Source: Minisyncoccota bacterium
Lineage (GTDB): Bacteria > Patescibacteriota > Minisyncoccia > Phycocordibacterales > XYD1-FULL-46-19
DNA: 64,000 nucleotides
Assembly (NCBI GenBank): GCA_041657405.1
Contig: JBBABX010000002.1
Span: 42,726 to 106,725, forward strand
Reading direction: 5' to 3'
Part shown: one piece after another, positions 35,843 through 45,214 of the stretch
Layout: each line of letters starts with the position of its first letter
Numbering within the stretch: the first letter of the stretch is position 1
The notes under the pieces: model-generated
Seen by the model: only the letters and a program-made list of their open reading frames with translations
What the model was told of the DNA's origin: nothing
Database searches by the model: none
Made by a program: the position numbers and the translations under genes

Positions 35843-37447
35843 TCATTTTACAATTTTTACCTTTTCACCTTCTTGCAAACCACGTGCGTCAATAACAAAA
35901 GCTTTATTAGGCAAGAGACCTTTCACTAAGATTTTGTCCCCATCTATTGGACCTTCTTCAATTGGTGTTGCGATTAATTCACTAGAAGTAGAAACTGTAA
36001 AAATAACCATTTCATTCGGTAAAATTTTAACTGCAGACAAGGGGATAGGCAAATATTCAGCTTTAACTAAATTTTTCTCGGATTTGACTTGTGCTATTTC
36101 CAAAGATACTGATTGACCATTCACAATATCAGAATTCTCTTCATTATTTAAAGAAATTTTAACTTCTATTTTTTTAGTAATTGGGTCTAAGGCAGGAGCC
36201 AAGCCAACAACCTTACCAGTAAACAAACCATCAATTACAACTGGCGCCCCTATTTCAACTGCACTCCTTTCATTTTCAGTAATATAAGCAATTATTTCCA
36301 AACTGCCATTATTGGATACAAAAGCCGCTTGTTGAGTTGAAGAAACATAATCACCCAACTTTATACTTAAACTATTAATTGTTCCCGTGATCGGTGAACG
36401 GATATAAGTTTTTTCCAAATTTATTTTGGCAGCTTCATAAGCAGCACGCGCTTGTTCCACCATCGCTTCGCCAGAAGTCAAAATATCACTCGAAGATTCA
36501 TAGGCAACTCTTTTAGCGTTATAACCCTCCAAACTAGACAAGAGAGAACTAATAACTCCATTAACCGACGACCTTGTGCTAGATATTGTAGTTTTATAAC
36601 TGTCTATTACCTGTTGATGAGAAGCATCACTAACTTTTAGACTGTTTATCAAACCAGCGGCTTGTTCAAGCATTTCGCTTATTTTACCCAAATCAACTCT
36701 GGCAAGCTCTACTTCTTGTCGCAAAGTCTCATAGTAAGAGTCTTGGGCATTGATAGATTCCAAACGAGTATTCCAAGTTGATAATATTTCATTCATTTCC
36801 AATCTTTTCTGATATAAATCAAATAAAGTTTTGGCATTAGCTGAATAATCAAAACTATAAGAAGTTCCTCCAACCAAAAAGGAAGTTTTAAATTTGGGGT
36901 TTGCCGTGTTTGGATTTTCGTAAAATTTATCAAGTTGATTATAAATAGCATCATCAGCTGTTGCGTAGGCTGTTTTTAAAGAATTAATTAGAAGTTGTTT
37001 AGCTTCAATTAAACCAGCCTGACCAATTATTAATTGTGATTCAGCACTTTTTAAAGCAGCGTAAGCACGATTGACTTCATTTTTTTGTGCGTCATTATCT
37101 ATCATCGCAATAATCCCCCCAGCTGAAATATTATCTCCCAATTGTTTATAAATTGCCTTAATAACCCCCCCAGCTTCAGTTTTGATATTTACTTCATTAA
37201 TTGAACGAACCAGACCAGAAAGAGGTAAATAATTTTCTTGAGTAGCAATTGTCGCAGCTGTTGTTAATTTTACTTCTTTTAAAATCTCCTTATCTTCCAA
37301 CGACTCGGTTTTTGAGAGACCAAAATATAAAATAGCTAAGATTATTAAAAGACCAACAGCAAAAAGTAAGGCAATCTTTTTTTGTCTCAAAGTTTGTTTT
37401 AAGCTCTTTTCACCAGCTTCTTCTATTTTTTTCCAACTAAATATCAT
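35843..37447 (-). CDS. RND efflux periplasmic adaptor (membrane fusion protein, HlyD-like)
   Basis: It has an N-terminal TM anchor, a long coiled-coil hairpin and C-terminal beta-barrel/MP domains. It lies 1 nt upstream of the RND permease. Confidence 0.85.
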   Translation of the reverse strand: MIFSWKKIEEAGEKSLKQTLRQKKIALLFAVGLLIILAILYFGLSKTESLEDKEILKEVKLTTAATIATQENYLPLSGLVRSINEVNIKTEAGGVIKAIYKQLGDNISAGGIIAMIDNDAQKNEVNRAYAALKSAESQLIIGQAGLIEAKQLLINSLKTAYATADDAIYNQLDKFYENPNTANPKFKTSFLVGGTSYSFDYSANAKTLFDLYQKRLEMNEILSTWNTRLESINAQDSYYETLRQEVELARVDLGKISEMLEQAAGLINSLKVSDASHQQVIDSYKTTISSTRSSVNGVISSLLSSLEGYNAKRVAYESSSDILTSGEAMVEQARAAYEAAKINLEKTYIRSPITGTINSLSIKLGDYVSSTQQAAFVSNNGSLEIIAYITENERSAVEIGAPVVIDGLFTGKVVGLAPALDPITKKIEVKISLNNEENSDIVNGQSVSLEIAQVKSEKNLVKAEYLPIPLSAVKILPNEMVIFTVSTSSELIATPIEEGPIDGDKILVKGLLPNKAFVIDARGLQEGEKVKIVK

Positions 37448-37671
37448 AGCAATATTTGTTTTAAATTTTTATTAAAAGTTTTTTAAATATCTTAATTTAG
37501 ATAAATAATTTTAAAAAAGCCAAACAATATTTTTCATTACCAATTCTAAGTTTTTGGTTAAAAAACGTAAAACTTCAAATTAAAAATTGAAGAATAAATC
37601 AAAAAGCAATAAATTAAGAGTTAGGTTTAATCTCTTTACCACTAAAGTCTAAAAATATAAACTGCCTAGTC

Positions 37672-37700
37672 ATTTTAGAGTAGATGACAAATTTGGTCAA
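37672..37700 (-). promoter_or_regulatory. candidate sigma-70-type promoter (-35 TTGACC, 17-bp spacer, -10 TAAAAT) upstream of the RND operon
   Basis: Sequence match only. The context is AT-rich, so chance matches are common. Confidence 0.25.
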
Positions 37701-37833
37701 GGTTTGGGTAAAAAAAGATAACTAAGTTGCTAAGCATTTAATCTTAATTTCTTATTTTAAAACGTTTTAAAATAAGGGTCTAAACGTTCCATTATCCGAT
37801 TGCAACGTTAAAATTTAAATGAAAACCCCTTTT

Positions 37834-38229
37834 TCAATTGTTGCGCTTTTTGACTAAAGAATAAGAGACGAACCTTCCAGTCTTTCCGATTTGAGAAATT
37901 TTCCCATCTCGTTGCAATTCTTCCAAGTAACGAAAAGCGCTGGTCCGTGAAATTCCAAGTTTGTCAGCAACGTCATCATTGGAGATATTTTTATTAAACT
38001 CAAGAAGATTTAGAATTTTCGTTTTTCGAGCTTTTTTTAATAAATTAACCTGCTCACGGTATTCGGCTAAATTATTACCTATTTTTTCCCCCTCTTCTTT
38101 TTCTTTCTCTAAAATAGAGATCTCTTGTTCAAGAAATTTGTTTCTTTTTTTGTAAACAAAAATAATCATCAACAAAAATAAAAAAATAAATGCTAAAATA
38201 AAAGAAATGAAAAAAATGCTAAAATCCAT
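37834..38229 (-). CDS. membrane-anchored winged-helix transcriptional regulator
   Basis: The N-terminal TM helix is FFISFILAFIFLFLLMIIFVY. The C-terminal HTH is DDVADKLGISRTSAFRYLEELQRDGKI. Confidence 0.5.
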   Translation of the reverse strand: MDFSIFFISFILAFIFLFLLMIIFVYKKRNKFLEQEISILEKEKEEGEKIGNNLAEYREQVNLLKKARKTKILNLLEFNKNISNDDVADKLGISRTSAFRYLEELQRDGKISQIGKTGRFVSYSLVKKRNN

Positions 38230-38233
38230 ATTA

Positions 38234-39211
38234 TTATTTTTTTAAGGCCAAAGAGACAACATGGTCAAGAAAATTGGATAAAGATATCCCTAACGCTGAA
38301 AGTGATTTTGGCACCAATGATTCCGTGGTTAAACCAGGCAAAGAATTAACCTCTAGAACATAAATGCCTCGTGGTGAGACGATAAAATCAGTCCGCGAAT
38401 AATGTTTCAGACCAAGCAGTTTATGAACCATAGCCGCCAACCCTCCCAGCTCCTTTTTTTCTTCAATAGAAAATTTACCTGGACAAATTTCTTGAGAACG
38501 ACCAGAATATTTGGCCTCATAATCAAAAAATTTTCTATCGGTCGGTGACACAATTTCTATTGGCAAAAGCGGATAATTTTCGTGGCCACGAAAATTATCA
38601 ACCACGCCACAAGTTGCTTCACGACCACGAATATATTCTTCCACTAAAATTGTTGAACTAACTTTAAAACATTCATTAACTCCGTAAACCAACTCATCAA
38701 AAGTTTTGGCCAAAAAAACACCAACCGAAGAACCACTGTTGGCGGGCTTAACAATCCAAGGTGGTGAAATTTTTAAAAAAGCGTCATAAGCAACCATTTC
38801 GGCTTTAATTTCTGAGTTAGATTTAAAATGAATTCCCCGAGGAACTTTCAATCCTGCTTTAGCTATAATTTCTTTAGCCGCAATTTTGTTCATTCCCAAA
38901 GCGGAGGCCAAACGACCAGAACCAGTATAGGGCAACATTACGTTATCGAGCAGAGTTTGGACTTGACCATCTTCCCCAAATTCACCGTGAAGAGCATTAA
39001 AAACAATATCAAGGTTAGGATGCAAACGAGCGGGATTTATTTCCAAGCCATCCAAGTGCCATTTGCCATCTTTAGTAATCAAAACATCTCGAGGTTGATA
39101 TTTTTCACGCGGTAAATTTTCCAAAACTGCCCCTCCAGTTTTTAGTGAGACTTCATATTCAGGCCCAAGCCCACCACGCATAACTCCCACTCTAATTACG
39201 TCTGTTGACAT
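38234..39211 (-). CDS. ddl: D-alanine--D-alanine ligase
   Basis: ATP-grasp fold with Ddl N-terminal motifs (…HGEFGEDGQVQTLLDNVMLPYTGSG…). Confidence 0.9.
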   Translation of the reverse strand: MSTDVIRVGVMRGGLGPEYEVSLKTGGAVLENLPREKYQPRDVLITKDGKWHLDGLEINPARLHPNLDIVFNALHGEFGEDGQVQTLLDNVMLPYTGSGRLASALGMNKIAAKEIIAKAGLKVPRGIHFKSNSEIKAEMVAYDAFLKISPPWIVKPANSGSSVGVFLAKTFDELVYGVNECFKVSSTILVEEYIRGREATCGVVDNFRGHENYPLLPIEIVSPTDRKFFDYEAKYSGRSQEICPGKFSIEEKKELGGLAAMVHKLLGLKHYSRTDFIVSPRGIYVLEVNSLPGLTTESLVPKSLSALGISLSNFLDHVVSLALKK

Positions 39212-39314
39212 AATTTTATTTTAACACAGCTCAAATTTTATTAACAATATCAAAATTGACACACCTAATATCGCCGACTCTCCTGCCTTACCTTTTTATT
39301 AAAAATTTAAAATT

Positions 39315-39740
39315 CTATTTTAATATTTCTTTGATTTTTGCAATTACGTCATCCAAGGTAAAGTTTGCTTTAACCATAAAATCATCCGCACCAAGCTGTT
39401 TAGCTTTTTCAATATCTTCGGGTTGTCCTAAATTGGAAAAGACGATGACGGGAATATTTTTAGTGGTATCGTCTTGTTTAATTTTTGTCAAAACCTCAAA
39501 ACCATCAACGTTTGGCAAAAGTAAATCCAAAAAAATTAAATCTGGTTTAATTTCAGTTAATTTAGTCAAGGCCTCACTACCATCAACCGCGATAGAAACT
39601 TCGAAACCTTCAGTTTCTAAGCGTTTGGCGTTTAAAGAACGAAGAAACTCATCGTCTTCAACAATTAATATTTTTTTTGCCATTTTATAAAATTGTATAT
39701 TTAAATCTTGTAAATTAAAGGTTTTTACCTCATTATTCAT
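39315..39740 (-). CDS. single-domain response regulator (CheY-like receiver only)
   Basis: KKILIVEDDEFLR...DLIFLDLLLPNVDGFEVL...K receiver signature with no output domain. Its start codon overlaps the stop of the upstream HK by 1 nt. Confidence 0.85.
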   Translation of the reverse strand: MNNEVKTFNLQDLNIQFYKMAKKILIVEDDEFLRSLNAKRLETEGFEVSIAVDGSEALTKLTEIKPDLIFLDLLLPNVDGFEVLTKIKQDDTTKNIPVIVFSNLGQPEDIEKAKQLGADDFMVKANFTLDDVIAKIKEILK

Positions 39741-40735
39741 TATACTTTTTTCTGACGTAAAGGTAAAGTAAAAGAAAAGCTGGAACCTCCTTTTTTACCT
39801 TCTTCAAACCAAATTGCTCCATTATGTTTTTCCAAAATTTCCCGCGTAATATACAAACCCAAACCACTACCGTCTGGTTCTTGTTTGATTGCGTTGCTGG
39901 CTCGAAAAAACTTTTGAAAGACTTTATCCTTCTCGCCACTAGGTATTCCAATACCAGAATCAACTACAGTAATCTGTAAACTACTTTCAGCACTATTTAA
40001 GCGAGAATCATCTATCTTAATAAAAATTTTTCCGCCGAGTGTGTTGTATTTTATAGCATTATCAATCAAGTTTTCCAAAACCATTCTTATCTTATCTTCA
40101 TCCATTTCCAAGAAAGGTAGCTCTTTATTTGGTTTTTCAAATACTACTTCCAATTGTCGGCTTTTTATTTGATTAGAAAATTCATTTATAACATTATCAA
40201 CTAGCTCTACAAGATTTGTCGGCTTGAAAGAAAATTCAGATTTTTCTGAATCTATAGTATCTATCTTTAACAAGTCATTAACAATGGAAATAACCCGTTC
40301 TGTGCTCTGAAAACCTTTTTTCATAAATTTCTTAAAGTCTTCATCAATATTGCCTAATTGACCTTTTATGGCCATATCAAAAGTCCATTTAATGGCCGCC
40401 AAGGGTGTGCGTAATTGATGAGTTGTAACGGAAATAAATTTTGACTTAGCCGCTTCCAAAGATTGCAATCTTTTATTAGCCATCACAAGCTCTAGCTCTT
40501 TGGCGTAAAGTTCGCGATTTTTACTTTCTAATTCACGATTTATTTTTTCTAATTCATGTATCTGCTGAGTCTTTAAGTTGGCTTCTTTAATTGATAACTT
40601 AATATGAGTGCTGCAACCACGAAACCAATAACCCAAAACGGCCGCAATAATAAAAACTATTGAAACCGCTAGCCAAAAAGCTGGCGAAAACAAAAGAATA
40701 AATAAATCCAAAAATAGGCTGGAATCAAAATTCAT
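39740..40735 (-). CDS. membrane-anchored sensor histidine kinase (HisKA plus HATPase_c)
   Basis: One or two N-terminal TM helices, a coiled coil, H-box SVTTHQLRTPLAAIKW and G-box GSGLGLYITREILEKHNG. Confidence 0.85.
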   Translation of the reverse strand: MNFDSSLFLDLFILLFSPAFWLAVSIVFIIAAVLGYWFRGCSTHIKLSIKEANLKTQQIHELEKINRELESKNRELYAKELELVMANKRLQSLEAAKSKFISVTTHQLRTPLAAIKWTFDMAIKGQLGNIDEDFKKFMKKGFQSTERVISIVNDLLKIDTIDSEKSEFSFKPTNLVELVDNVINEFSNQIKSRQLEVVFEKPNKELPFLEMDEDKIRMVLENLIDNAIKYNTLGGKIFIKIDDSRLNSAESSLQITVVDSGIGIPSGEKDKVFQKFFRASNAIKQEPDGSGLGLYITREILEKHNGAIWFEEGKKGGSSFSFTLPLRQKKV

Positions 40736-40740
40736 CCCTT

Positions 40741-42063
40741 TTATTTTAACATTTGACGCATTTTTTTTCTATGGAAAGTAAGAACAAAACGGTGGACATC
40801 GGCATTAGTCGCCAAAATCTCGCGATGATAATTTTTGATTGTATTTTGGTCGCCTAATATTTCTCGCGGGTGGTGCTTTTCATTTTTGACAACAGAGACC
40901 AAAGACAAATTTATCCCTAGTTGACTCAAGATTTCTTTAGCCGCTCGAAGCTGTGTTTGTCCACCATCAACAACAATTAAATCTGGAAAACTCCATTGCT
41001 TATGTTTAAATCGTCGTAATAAAATTTCCTTCAGGTTACCAAGATCATCACTTTTGTTTGCACTTTTACCTCGTAATCGGAAAAGACGATATTCGTCTTT
41101 ATTTAATTCTCGTCCTTCCCAAACCGCCATCGCGCCAACAGTCCCCGCCCCAGCAAAATGAGAGATATCGTAAGCCTCCAATCTAAATGTTTTTGTTCCA
41201 TTTTGGTTTACCACTAATTTTTTATCAGTTCCAAATCTAGAAAGTCCTTCACCAACATTTTTTAACAAAGCAACGTCTTGGATATGTCTAAGGGCAAAAA
41301 TTTTATCACGTTGACGACTAGCTTCCTCAAATTTTTGAGATTTAACCAATTGTTTCATTTCTTTATCCAAACCTTTTATTATTTTTTCCTTTCTACCTTC
41401 TAAAAACAAAATTAATTTTTTGATTATAAGTTGATACTCTTTTTTAGTTATTTTACCAGTGCAAACTCCTGGACAAAGACCAATTTGACTATTAAAACAG
41501 CCTCGAATATCTTTTATCTGTTTTTTGCCTTTTTTTTCTTCGTAAGGTTTACAGACATCACGATAAGGAAATATCTTCCGAATAATTTTTAAAGCAGTTT
41601 TTAATTCAGAAACGTAGGGAAAGGGGCCGAAACTTCTTATGATCTCATATTTAACGTTTAAATCTTTCTTCAATTGACGACCACGAACCATCAAAACTCG
41701 CGGATAATTTTCTTTTGTTATTACTACATACCAATAACTTTTATCGTCTTTTTCGCGAGTGTTATAAGACGGTTGGTATTTTTTTATAAGACTAGCTTCT
41801 AAAATCAAAGCTTCTAACACCGAGTCTGTTTCTTGCCATTTTATGTTCGTGGCCAAAGTCAACATTTGTTTTACCTTTGGCCCGCGCGTTTTAACTAAAT
41901 TTTCACCAAAGTAACTTCGCACTCTGTCTCTCAAAGAGGTTGCTTTGCCAATATATAAAATTTTTTGTTTTGGTACGCCAGTTTTTTCCAACCGAGAAAC
42001 TCCTAAAAAATAATAGACTCCTGGTCCATCGGGCAAGTTATACTTTTTGATATTTATGACCAT
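40741..42063 (-). CDS. uvrC: excinuclease ABC subunit C (short form: GIY-YIG plus RNase H-like endonuclease domains)
   Basis: The N-terminal GIY-YIG is GVYYF...ILYIGKATSLRDRV. The C-terminal EndoV/RNaseH-like region is RLEAYDISHFAGAGTVGAMAVW. 440 aa. Confidence 0.85.
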   Translation of the reverse strand: MVINIKKYNLPDGPGVYYFLGVSRLEKTGVPKQKILYIGKATSLRDRVRSYFGENLVKTRGPKVKQMLTLATNIKWQETDSVLEALILEASLIKKYQPSYNTREKDDKSYWYVVITKENYPRVLMVRGRQLKKDLNVKYEIIRSFGPFPYVSELKTALKIIRKIFPYRDVCKPYEEKKGKKQIKDIRGCFNSQIGLCPGVCTGKITKKEYQLIIKKLILFLEGRKEKIIKGLDKEMKQLVKSQKFEEASRQRDKIFALRHIQDVALLKNVGEGLSRFGTDKKLVVNQNGTKTFRLEAYDISHFAGAGTVGAMAVWEGRELNKDEYRLFRLRGKSANKSDDLGNLKEILLRRFKHKQWSFPDLIVVDGGQTQLRAAKEILSQLGINLSLVSVVKNEKHHPREILGDQNTIKNYHREILATNADVHRFVLTFHRKKMRQMLK

Positions 42064-42088
42064 ATTTAAGATAAAACAATAGTCTATC

Positions 42089-44769
42089 TTAAGACTTTTG
42101 CTTTTTTTTATTCAAACTTAATGCACGTTTCAAATATTTAGCAGTTTGCGAAGCACTCACATAAGCTACTTCTTCTGGTGTGCCTACTGCTACCACTTGA
42201 CCGCCAGCGTCTCCACCATCGGGTCCCATATCAATTATGTAATCAGCGTTTTTTATGACCTCCATATTATGTTCAATTATTAAAACGGTGTTGCCTTTTT
42301 CTACTAATTTTTGCAAAATTTCAATCAATTTTTTAACATCTTCATAATGCAAGCCAATGGTCGGCTCGTCTAAAATGTAAATTGTTTTTTCAGTTTGCAA
42401 TCGATAAAGTTCTGATGAAATTTTAACCCGTTGAGCTTCCCCCCCAGACAAAGAGGTCGCAGTTTGGCCTAATTCTAAATAGCCCAAACCGACATCATTA
42501 AGAGCCTTAAGACGATCATAAATAGCGGGGATATCAACAAAGAAATCTAACGCCTCTTCTATTGTCATTTTTAAAACTTCATAAATATTTTTTTTCTTAT
42601 ATTTTACCTCTAAGGTGTCCTTTTCATAACGATGACCACCACAAACGTCACAAGGCACAAAAACTGTTGGCAAAAAATGCATTTCTACCGCTATTTCACC
42701 GTTACCCTGACAAGCTTCACAACGACCACCTTTAACATTAAAAGAAAATCTGGCCGGATTCCAACCACGAGCACGTGCCAAAGTAGTGGAGGCAAATAGG
42801 TTGCGGATAAAAGTAAAAGCACCAGTATAAGTAGCGGGATTAGAACGAGGCGTTCGACCAATCGGAGATTGATCTATCATAATCACCCTGCTTAGCTTTT
42901 CTGAACTCGTAAATTCTTTACAATTAAAAATTTCATTAGTGCGATAACGACGTTCAAGTCGTCCTTGTAAATTTTTATATAAAATTTCATAAACAAAAGA
43001 GGATTTCCCCGAACCAGAAACTCCAGTAACGGCAATCATCCGTCCTAATGGCACATCTACATTTAAATTTTTGACATTAAAAATATTACCGCCACGAATT
43101 TTAATAATACCCTTATCGTTTTGACATCTTTTAGACAACAGGGAGATAATTTTATCTCCTCTCAAATAATCTACCGTTAATGAGCCAAAATTATTTTTAG
43201 GAGCTGTGAGTAATTTTTCAGTCCAACCAGCTACCACAATGTGTCCGCCATGCACACCAGCCCCTGGTCCGATATCAACTAAATAATCCGAAGCAAAAAT
43301 TGTGTCTTCATCATGTTCCACGACTAAGATAGAATTGCCCAAATCGCGTAACTCTAATAAAGTTTTTATTAATCTATCGTTGTCACGCGCGTGTAATCCA
43401 ATCGTCGGTTCGTCTAAAACATAAAGAGTGCCTACTAAACGAGAGCCTAGCTGTGAAGCCAAGCGAATACGTTGAGCCTCGCCGCCAGAAAGAGTGTCTG
43501 CTCGTCGGTCCAAAGTAATATAACCAAGTCCTACATCGTTAAGAAATTTCAAACGTGATTGTATTTCACGCAATAAGACTTCTGAGATTGCTTTTTCTTT
43601 GACTGTTAATTTTAATAAAGTAAAAAATTCAAACGCTTCTTTGATTGACAAATTTGTCAATTGAACAATATTCAAACCAGAATTTTCTTTTTTTGTTTTT
43701 GCATTATTAGCAATATTTTGTTTTGTTTTGGTGGAACCAATAAAAACTTGTAGGGATTCTCGCCTCAAACGTGCCCCAAACACTCTAAACATGGTTCCTT
43801 GCCAAACAAGTGCTTCGTGCCAAGACCATGACAAACTGGGCAAGCGCCATATGGTGAGTTGAAAGAAAACAGCCGTGGTTCAATTTCTGGAAAAGAAAAA
43901 CCATCATTGGGACAAGCAAATTTGGCCGACAACAAAAATTCTTCATTATTAAATTGTATTCTAATCAAACCATCAGATTCCTTGAGCGCTCTTTCTATCG
44001 CCTCAAACAACCGTTCGTTAACAGCATCCGTAATGGCTTGGTCGATCTCCTTTTTTAATTTAGAACCTTTTTTACCAAGTTCTAAGCTAGTCAGTTCAAT
44101 TTCATCAATCAAAACATCAATATTATGTTTTTTTGTCTTAGCCATTAGTATTTGCTCGCGTAATTTTTTACGAACTCCATCAATTTTTACTTCCGAATAT
44201 CCTTTTTCCAATAAATCATAGAGCAATTGATAGTATTCCCCCTTACGTCCACGAACAACCGGTGCATAAATTTCTACCACCTTGGTAGTCGGATGTTTGA
44301 TAATTTCCTCTTTTACAAAATTAATAATTTCTTCATTTGAAAGTTTTTCTATTTTAGTACCACAAATAGGGCAATGTGGATGCCCAATTCGAGCGTAAAG
44401 CACGCGTAAATAATCATAAATTTCAGTGATCGTCGCAACAGTAGAACGGGGATTGTGAGAACGAGATTTTTGGTCAATAGAAATTGCCGGCGACAAACCA
44501 GAGATATCTTCCACATCTGGTTTGGGTAATTGTTTTAAAAATTGTCTAGCATAAGCCGATAATGATTCTACATAACGACGTTGGCCTTCGGCAAAAATTG
44601 TATCAAAAGCTAATGATGACTTACCAGAACCAGAAAGACCGGTAAAAACCACCAGTTTATTTCTAGGAATTTCTAAATCAATATTTTTGAGATTATGTGT
44701 GCGTGCGCCTTTAATTTTTATTTTATCTTCCATAAAATTATTTATACAATCAAACTCCCCATGATTCAA
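42089..44769 (-). CDS. uvrA: excinuclease ABC subunit A, currently split over two overlapping frames (43765-44769 N-terminal part; 42089-43843 C-terminal part)
   Basis: The N-terminal ORF has the first ABC Walker A ([23 protein letters not shown]) and first zinc finger (CPVCHGLG...CLEC). The downstream frame continues with (G)[11 protein letters not shown] signature [12 protein letters not shown], a second Walker A (GVSGSGKSS) and a second LSGGEAQRV. The two frames join at a CCCC (plus-strand) homopolymer at 43775-43778, and a single extra G on the coding strand would restore one ~918-aa UvrA. Confidence 0.85.
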
Positions 44770-45054
44770 CCATGGGGTTATAATGTAATTATAATGATTA
44801 TAACCTAAGAAATAAATAGGTGCTCAAAATCAAAACCGAGCACTTCTCGGAAAAAGATTCTGCTTGCCAGAAACAGTATTATGAATAATCTTAGGTGTTG
44901 CAACATATCACTTAAAAAATAAAGGGGATTGTCTAAGTCAAACACAGATTGACCTGCAACCCCCTCCCAGAAAGGAGAAATCCATGCTCAATGCTCAAAG
45001 CATGTCTTTATTTATGTTAGCATATAATTTTAAAAAAGCAAGACAATATTAAAA

Positions 45055-45130
45055 ATATAGGGCACCGAACAGCGGCGCCCCAGGATCGATTCTCGTCCCT
45101 CTCGCAAGGAAAAGAGGAACAAAAATATAT
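45055..45130 (-). terminator. GC-rich tandem hairpins followed (on the minus strand) by a T-rich tract, downstream of the ABC transporter gene
   Basis: The minus strand reads ...CCTCTTTTCCTTGCGAGAGG...GGGCGCCGCTGTTCGGTGCCC then TATATTTTTAATATT. Confidence 0.4.
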
Positions 45131-45214
45131 TACCACTAATAAACGAAAAATCCAAAATTACTTCGACTGTTATTTTAACTAGATAAAATATAGATAAGAA
45201 CTGGTTATCTCTCT

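Noticed and set aside
33770-36640. Plus-strand ORFs inside the RND permease and adaptor genes (32741-32992, 33770-34144, 34625-34903, 35270-35524, 35823-36116, 36452-36640)
   Set aside because: They are antisense to two strongly supported efflux genes and have Ser/Ile-rich low-complexity translations.
45071-45130. GC-rich 60-nt block considered as a small structured ncRNA (SRP RNA, tmRNA 3' end or RNase P fragment)
   Set aside because: I could not find the SRP domain IV consensus (GGAAGGAAGCAGC-like), a tmRNA tRNA-like end with CCA, or RNase P conserved regions. On the minus strand it folds as simple hairpins followed by a T-rich tract, so it is better explained as the terminator of the ABC transporter gene.
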